The position numbers and the translations under genes are program-made. A stretch of 64,000 nucleotides of DNA from contig CAYRIZ010000001.1 of NCBI GenBank assembly GCA_964424565.1, positions 27,450 through 91,449 of the forward strand. Reading direction: 5' to 3'. Within the stretch, counting starts at the first letter, position 1; each line of letters begins with the position of its first letter. The notes under the pieces were generated by a model. The model had not been told where the DNA came from and ran no database searches. It saw only the letters and a program-made list of their open reading frames with translations. Positions 58,785 through 64,000 of the stretch are shown one piece after another. This DNA is from an uncultured Enterobacterales bacterium. GTDB lineage: Bacteria > Pseudomonadota > Gammaproteobacteria > Enterobacterales > Succinivibrionaceae.

Positions 58785-59441
58785 TTACATGCCGATCAGA
58801 TAAGCCGGGCTGTCACCTTCATTGAGCACATGATCAAATTTCATCTGCAATATGGGAGGCACAGGCAGGCCGTGCTCCACGGTGAGATCCAAAGCCTGAC
58901 GATAGGCATCCCGGGCGCCGCTGCGATCCCCGCCGGACAGCAGGATATCGCCGCGCACTTCAGCCGCCTCGGCGGCATAGGCCGGAGCCTTAAGTGAGGA
59001 CAGCAGAGCCAGGGCCTGCTCGGTGCTGCCGCTTTGATGCAGCAGTCTGGCCTCGGTGATCACTGCTCCCGGCTGCAGCAGCTCCCCGCCATGCTCCCGG
59101 ACAAAGGCAATGTTCTCCGCCGCCCCGGCAAAATCACCGGCATTAATCTGTACGGTGGCTGCATCCAAAGCCAGCACGGAGCCGAAAACATTTTGGTTTT
59201 CATTCAAGTAGGTCTGCACCCGCGGCAGAGCGGCTGTGCCCTGGGACTGCAGCAGCTGCTGCAGCTGATAGACGGCATAGGCCTGCTGCTGATGCTGCTC
59301 GAGCTGCCAGCTCTGATACTGTCTCCAGCCTATCATACCGGCCAGAGCAATCACCACGCCCAGAGTAAGCGGCTTCCAGTACTCAGACCACCACTTTTTG
59401 ACCGCTTCCTCACGCTCATGATCATCAGTTAAAACATCCAT
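58785..59441 (-). CDS. yfgM: YfgM-family membrane-anchored TPR-like protein
   Basis: MDVLTDDHEREEAVKKWWSEYWKPLTLGVVIALAGMIGWRQY is an N-terminal anchor followed by a helical-repeat periplasmic domain. Conserved position directly after hisS. Confidence 0.8.
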   Translation of the reverse strand: MDVLTDDHEREEAVKKWWSEYWKPLTLGVVIALAGMIGWRQYQSWQLEQHQQQAYAVYQLQQLLQSQGTAALPRVQTYLNENQNVFGSVLALDAATVQINAGDFAGAAENIAFVREHGGELLQPGAVITEARLLHQSGSTEQALALLSSLKAPAYAAEAAEVRGDILLSGGDRSGARDAYRQALDLTVEHGLPVPPILQMKFDHVLNEGDSPAYLIGM

Positions 59442-59451
59442 GGCTCACCTT

Positions 59452-60732
59452 TTACTGTTGCAGAATGCGTTGGATTAAAGCTGCCGCTTCAGCACAGGGC
59501 AGCGTGACCTGGGCGCCGTCACCGCCGCGCAAATCCTTTACCGTCAGGGTTTGCTGCTGTATTTCATTCTCCCCCAGAATCACGGCTACCCGGGCTCCCA
59601 GTTTGTCGGCACGGCGGAACTGCTTTTTGAAGCTGCCGCCGCCGCAGTGATTCATGATTTTAGCATGAGGCAGGGCAGATCTTAACTGCAGGGCAGTCAG
59701 AGCCTGGGCTTTCTCCACCCCGGCACCGGCACCGGTGATATAAACATCCACGGCGCTTTCAGCCTTGATCTTCTGCAGGGTGGAAAGCAGCAGCACCAGG
59801 CGCTCCAGTCCCAGACCAAAGCCCACAGCCGGGGTGGGATTGCCGCCTAATTCCGCTACCAGGCCGTCGTAGCGGCCGCCGCCGCACACAGTGCCCTGAG
59901 CGCCCAAAGCCGTGGTCACCCACTCGAACACGGTCAGATTGTAGTAATCCAGGCCGCGTACCAGCCGGGGATTGATCTCAAATTTAATGCCGGCGGCGGT
60001 GAGCAGCTCCTGCAGGCCGTTGAAGTGCTGCAGGCTTTCCTCGCCGAGGAAATCCATCAGCTTAGGGGCGCCCTTGAGTACTTCCCCTACACCAGGATCT
60101 TTGCTGTCGAGCACGCGCAGGGGATTGGTATAAAGCCGGCGGCGGCTGTCTTCATCCAGCTCGTCCTTATGACCTTCCAGGTATTTGACCAGGCTCTCGC
60201 GGTAGGCCAGGCGCTCGGCACTGCTGCCCAGGGTATTGAGCTGCAGAGTCAAATCTTCGGCAATGCCGAACTTCTGCCACAGCACAGCCGAGAGCATGAT
60301 GATCTCAGCATCTATATCCGGGCCGTTGAGACCGAATACTTCCACGCCCAGCTGATGGAACTGCCGGTAGCGGCCCTTCTGCGGGCGCTCATGACGGAAC
60401 ATGGGGCCCATGTACCACAGGCGCTGTTCCTGATTGTAGATGAGATTGTGCTCCAGGCAGCAGCGCACACAGCCGGCTGTGCCTTCCGGACGCAGGGACA
60501 GGCTCTCACCTGAGCGGTCCTCAAAGGTATACATTTCCTTTTCCACCACATCGGTGACTTCACCGATGGCCCGGCAGAACAGATTGGTCTTCTCCAGCAG
60601 AGGCATGCGCACCTCGCTGTAGCCAAAAGAGGCGGCAGTCTCACGCATTACCTTTTCCACCTGCTGCCATAAGGCAGTATCGGCAGGCAGCAGATCATTC
60701 ATGCCGCGTACGGCCTGTACAGACAAAGCCAT
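59452..60732 (-). CDS. hisS: Histidine--tRNA ligase
   Basis: [51 protein letters not shown] and GGGRYDGL. Confidence 0.97.
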   Translation of the reverse strand: MALSVQAVRGMNDLLPADTALWQQVEKVMRETAASFGYSEVRMPLLEKTNLFCRAIGEVTDVVEKEMYTFEDRSGESLSLRPEGTAGCVRCCLEHNLIYNQEQRLWYMGPMFRHERPQKGRYRQFHQLGVEVFGLNGPDIDAEIIMLSAVLWQKFGIAEDLTLQLNTLGSSAERLAYRESLVKYLEGHKDELDEDSRRRLYTNPLRVLDSKDPGVGEVLKGAPKLMDFLGEESLQHFNGLQELLTAAGIKFEINPRLVRGLDYYNLTVFEWVTTALGAQGTVCGGGRYDGLVAELGGNPTPAVGFGLGLERLVLLLSTLQKIKAESAVDVYITGAGAGVEKAQALTALQLRSALPHAKIMNHCGGGSFKKQFRRADKLGARVAVILGENEIQQQTLTVKDLRGGDGAQVTLPCAEAAALIQRILQQ

Positions 60733-60761
60733 GAAAATTTCCTTTTAAATTAATCAGTAAA

Positions 60762-61877
60762 TCACAATCCATTGCTGCCTGCAGACTCTGCCGTGACGGC
60801 GGCGGCTTTGCTGCGCACGCGCTGTTCCACGATCTCCAGAGCCTGGGCGGCCTCAAATTTGCCCATCAGCTGACCATCTTCATAGATGAGGCATTTGCCG
60901 TGACCGCCGCCGCAGACGGCCACGTCGGCATGGGCCGCCTCACCCGGTCCGTTGACCACACAGCCCATGACCGCCAGCTTCAGCGGCACGCGTATATCGG
61001 CGAGATTCTGCTCCAGGCGGCTGACTATACCCACCACATCTATGCCGCGGCGGGCGCAGGTGGGACAGGCGGTAATATCCACGCCGCGGGTGCGCAGATG
61101 CAGGCTCTTTAATATAGCCCAGCCTACTTTGACCTCTTCCACCGGATCGGCGGCCAGAGACACGCGCAGGGTATCGCCTATGCCTTCGGAGAGCAGCATG
61201 CCTATGCCTATGGAGGAAAGCACGGTACCACCCAGCAGACCGCCGGCTTCAGTCACCCCCAGATGCAGCGGGGCCTCGGTCTCCCGGGCCAGGGCCCGGT
61301 AGCTCTCCAGGCACAAATTAAGCTCTGAGGCCTTGACGGAGAAGGCGTAATCCCTGAAGGCATGGCTTTCCAAAATCTCAGCCGAGCGCAGGGCGGCCTC
61401 CACCATGGCGGCAGGACAGGGCGCGCCGTATTTGCGCACCAGATCTTTGTCCAGCGAGCCTGAATTGACTCCCACCCTGATGGGAATGCCATGATCTTCG
61501 GCGGACCGGCAGACTGCCTCCACCTTTTCACGCGAGCCTATATTGCCCGGATTGATGCGCAGGGCTGCCGCCCCGGCATCGGCACAGGCCAGCGCTATGC
61601 GGTAATCAAAATGAATATCACAAATCAGCGGCACCGGACTTTGCTTTACCAATATGGCAAAGCAGTCTGCCGCTTCCATGGAGGGCACGGAGACGCGCAC
61701 CAGATCAGCTCCGGCATCGGCCAGGGCCTTAATCTGGGCGGCTGTGGCCGCCACGTCAAGAGTATCGGTGGAGGTCATGCTCTGCACGGAGATCGGAGCC
61801 CCGCCGCCTATCAGAACATTTCCCACCTTAATCTGCCAGGATTTGCGCCTGGCCACAGGCTTTGGTTTCCATTCCAT
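60762..61877 (-). CDS. ispG: 4-hydroxy-3-methylbut-2-en-1-yl diphosphate synthase
   Basis: KVGNVLIGGGAPISVQSMTSTDT, RINPGNIG, ACPTCAR and MGCVVNGPGEA. Confidence 0.97.
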   Translation of the reverse strand: MEWKPKPVARRKSWQIKVGNVLIGGGAPISVQSMTSTDTLDVAATAAQIKALADAGADLVRVSVPSMEAADCFAILVKQSPVPLICDIHFDYRIALACADAGAAALRINPGNIGSREKVEAVCRSAEDHGIPIRVGVNSGSLDKDLVRKYGAPCPAAMVEAALRSAEILESHAFRDYAFSVKASELNLCLESYRALARETEAPLHLGVTEAGGLLGGTVLSSIGIGMLLSEGIGDTLRVSLAADPVEEVKVGWAILKSLHLRTRGVDITACPTCARRGIDVVGIVSRLEQNLADIRVPLKLAVMGCVVNGPGEAAHADVAVCGGGHGKCLIYEDGQLMGKFEAAQALEIVEQRVRSKAAAVTAESAGSNGL

Positions 61878-61910
61878 GGCTAAATCCCCACTAAACTGCC
61901 GGCGCAGGCT

Positions 61911-63581
61911 TTAGCGCTGCGGCAGCACAAAGGACACCTGCCGCTCACGCGGTGTGATCAGGCGTCCGCCCATATAAGAGACGCTGATGCGGGCACTGTC
62001 GGTCACCTCAATACGGATGGGCGGAATGCCGGTAATGCTGACCCGGCTGCCCTTGCCGTAATTGCCTGAGGCCAATACCTTGCCGCGCTGATCGGTCACC
62101 CGCAGGAAGACCTCATCGCTGACGGTGATCTGAGCAGAATTCAATGAAGCCAGTCCGTCCCGGCCCTCTACCCGTACCCTGGAGGATATATCCCTCAGGG
62201 TAGAAGCCAGAGCCGGTTTGGCCGGTTCCGGTTCTGCTGCCGGGGCCGGGGCCGGCGTCAGGGTAATGGAGCCTTCCCGGCTGCCTGCCGGACTGTCCAC
62301 CACCTGCACCCTGGTACTCTCAGCCGAGGCGGCAGTTTGCGCTGCCGGCTGAGGCTGAGGCTGCGCCTGATTGGCAGCGGCCGGAGCTGCCGGAGCGGGC
62401 TTGGGCTCTGCTGCCTTGGAGGTCAGCAGCGGCTCGGCAGTATCCACGGCAGCAGGCTGTTTGATATCCGCTGCAGTCAGTTCATTGGTACCCAGAGCAC
62501 TGGCCTGGGCCTCAGCCTTCCTGGTATTGAGATCTGCTGCCGTCTGCGGCTGCTTACTGGAGGTCTCTGTCACCCCTGCTGACTGCTGATTGAGATTGAG
62601 GCTGCCCTCCACGGCCGGAGCCGGGATGGAGCCTGAAACCTCGCCACTGACGCTGTCGGCGGTGATGATCACTTCCTGATGCTGCTGATCTACCGGTCTG
62701 GTGTACAAATAATGCAGCAGCAGAGCGCCGGCAATGAGAACGAACAGCAGAATATAGACAATGCGTCTGAAACGGCTGCCTTTTCTGCGGCCGGAGGACC
62801 GGCGCTGCAGGCGCAGAGTGCGGGAAAGGGTCTCTGCCTGCTTTTGTACCTCTTTGACATTGTGATCATACAGCTCAACTACTATCTGCGGATCTATATT
62901 GACCAGTCTGGCGTAATTGGCAATATGGCCCCGCACAAAGGCCGCAGCCGTAGGCTGATTTAAGCGGTCATTTTCAATATCGTTGATGCTGTTGACGCGC
63001 AGCCGCAGGCGCATAGCTATATCCTGCTGCGACAGTCCCAGCAGCTGCCGGGCATGCTTTAAAATGGCACCGGGCTGATTGGGCACTTCTTCATCGCTGA
63101 GGCTGGGGTTGGGAGTTTGGCGGGCCTGATCCGCAGCCTGCCCCCTGCTCCCTGCCGCCTGCGGGGTTGCCGGCTCTGCCTGCGGCAGAGCATAGGAAAA
63201 GTCAGCCCCCGTAGGTCCAGACTGGAAAGGAATGGGCTCGCCTGCGGCCGGCTGGGCCGGTGCGCTGGCTCCTGTTCCTGCGGCCTGGCCTGAGGCATGC
63301 ACTCCGCGGCCCAGACGACGTCTGCCGTCTTCCAAATCAAAATCCGCCGAATGAAAAGCCGGCAGGCCCTGCTCCTGAGAAGAGGCATTCGGCTGCGGCG
63401 GCAGACCGGCCCCGATGCCGCTTGGGGAAGAAGACTCCGGCTGCTGCGGGCCCTGTCCTGCCGGCACAGTTTCATCGAACACCGGATCCTGCCTTGCAAA
63501 GGCTGAATCTGCATCTGCATTACGGCCGCCGCGCAAACTGCGGGGCAGACGGCCGTCAGACGGCTCAAAATTATCAGTCAT
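61911..63581 (-). CDS. rodZ: Cytoskeleton protein RodZ with a long low-complexity N-terminal extension
   Basis: HTH GAILKHARQLLGLSQQDIAMRLRLRVNSINDIENDR, a single TM helix IVYILLFVLIAGALLLHYLY, a Pro/Ala/Gln-rich periplasmic linker and a C-terminal RodZ_C-like beta domain. Located between rlmN and ispG as in E. coli. ATG 63581 puts about 170 residues before the HTH; an alternative GTG at 63086 would remove them. Confidence 0.8.
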   Translation of the reverse strand: MTDNFEPSDGRLPRSLRGGRNADADSAFARQDPVFDETVPAGQGPQQPESSSPSGIGAGLPPQPNASSQEQGLPAFHSADFDLEDGRRRLGRGVHASGQAAGTGASAPAQPAAGEPIPFQSGPTGADFSYALPQAEPATPQAAGSRGQAADQARQTPNPSLSDEEVPNQPGAILKHARQLLGLSQQDIAMRLRLRVNSINDIENDRLNQPTAAAFVRGHIANYARLVNIDPQIVVELYDHNVKEVQKQAETLSRTLRLQRRSSGRRKGSRFRRIVYILLFVLIAGALLLHYLYTRPVDQQHQEVIITADSVSGEVSGSIPAPAVEGSLNLNQQSAGVTETSSKQPQTAADLNTRKAEAQASALGTNELTAADIKQPAAVDTAEPLLTSKAAEPKPAPAAPAAANQAQPQPQPAAQTAASAESTRVQVVDSPAGSREGSITLTPAPAPAAEPEPAKPALASTLRDISSRVRVEGRDGLASLNSAQITVSDEVFLRVTDQRGKVLASGNYGKGSRVSITGIPPIRIEVTDSARISVSYMGGRLITPRERQVSFVLPQR

Positions 63582-63624
63582 GTTTATTCTGGTATTGAAC
63601 TACATCAGTAAGATCCCTGCCGTC

Positions 63625-64000
63625 TTAAGCTGAGATCTGTGCCTTAATCCTGTTTTTGACCTGACCTGCCAGCTGGCCGCAGGCGGCGGCAATATCATCG
63701 CCGCGGGTAGTGCGGGTGATCACGGTAAAGCCGTACTCATAAAGTACTTTGCAGAAGCGGTCAATACGACTGCCGCTGGGACGGCGGTAAGGAGAGCCTT
63801 CATGCGGATTGAAGGGAATGATATTGATCTTGCAGGGTACTCCGCGCAGCAGCGCCGCCAGGGCATGGGCCTGATCGGTGGAATCATTGACATGATCCAG
63901 CAGCACATATTCTATGGTCACCCTGCCGCAGTTGGCATTGGAGGCATCCAGGTAATGTCTGACGGCAGTAAGTACTTCCGCTATTTTATAGCGGCGGTTC
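63625..64000 (-). CDS. rlmN: 23S rRNA/tRNA (adenine-C2)-methyltransferase RlmN (C-terminal part; gene runs off the right edge)
   Basis: The frame is open to the window end: ...[49 protein letters not shown]...[21 protein letters not shown] is the radical-SAM RlmN C-terminus. Confidence 0.9.
   Translation of the reverse strand, partial: NRRYKIAEVLTAVRHYLDASNANCGRVTIEYVLLDHVNDSTDQAHALAALLRGVPCKINIIPFNPHEGSPYRRPSGSRIDRFCKVLYEYGFTVITRTTRGDDIAAACGQLAGQVKNRIKAQISA

Noticed and set aside
1-64000. CRISPR arrays, IS elements/transposases, rRNA genes, prophage structural genes, toxin-antitoxin pairs
   Set aside because: None seen. There are no regularly spaced repeats, no transposase or integrase-like translations in the ORF track, and no rRNA-like conserved stretches.

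Overview
This 64 kb chromosomal window comes from a GC-rich gammaproteobacterium; I cannot assign a genus. The inference rests on several E. coli-type synteny blocks: lolB-ispE-prs, coaE-zapD-yacG, lptD-surA-pdxA-rsmA, rppH-ptsP next to mutH, and rlmN-rodZ-ispG-hisS-yfgM-bamB-der.

Most of the window is housekeeping. I call about 55 protein genes, one tRNA-Arg(CCU), and a set of hairpin terminators, promoters and CRP-like sites. Two sugar clusters are present: a complete D-allose-type operon (alsBACEK-rpiB) with a divergent DeoR regulator, and mglBAC. Glycogen genes are scattered: glgC, a divergent glgC paralog next to glgA, and a stand-alone CBM48-like protein. I saw no CRISPR array, IS element, integrase or prophage structural genes.

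The long ORFs antisense to well-supported genes are treated as artefacts of GC-rich sequence.

The best candidate for an uncharacterised system is a plus-strand two-gene cassette at 53894..55841, inserted into the normally contiguous bamB-der junction. It encodes an LRAT/NlpC-P60-like Cys-His enzyme with a TM hairpin and an amphipathic helical tail, followed by a zinc-ribbon protein ending in a glycine-zipper TM hairpin.

The second candidate is the stretch at the 3' side of tRNA-Arg(CCU). It holds an RHH protein, a flavin reductase, and an SSB-like OB-fold protein lacking the usual acidic tail, and may be a decayed integrated element.

Other oddities:
- lineage-specific extensions on BamB, RodZ, Der, SrmB and MglC
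- a nucleoside hydrolase inserted between yfgM and bamB
- an nqrM-apbE pair with no nqr structural genes nearby

All functional calls come from my own reading of the translated ORFs and recalled family motifs. No database search was run.
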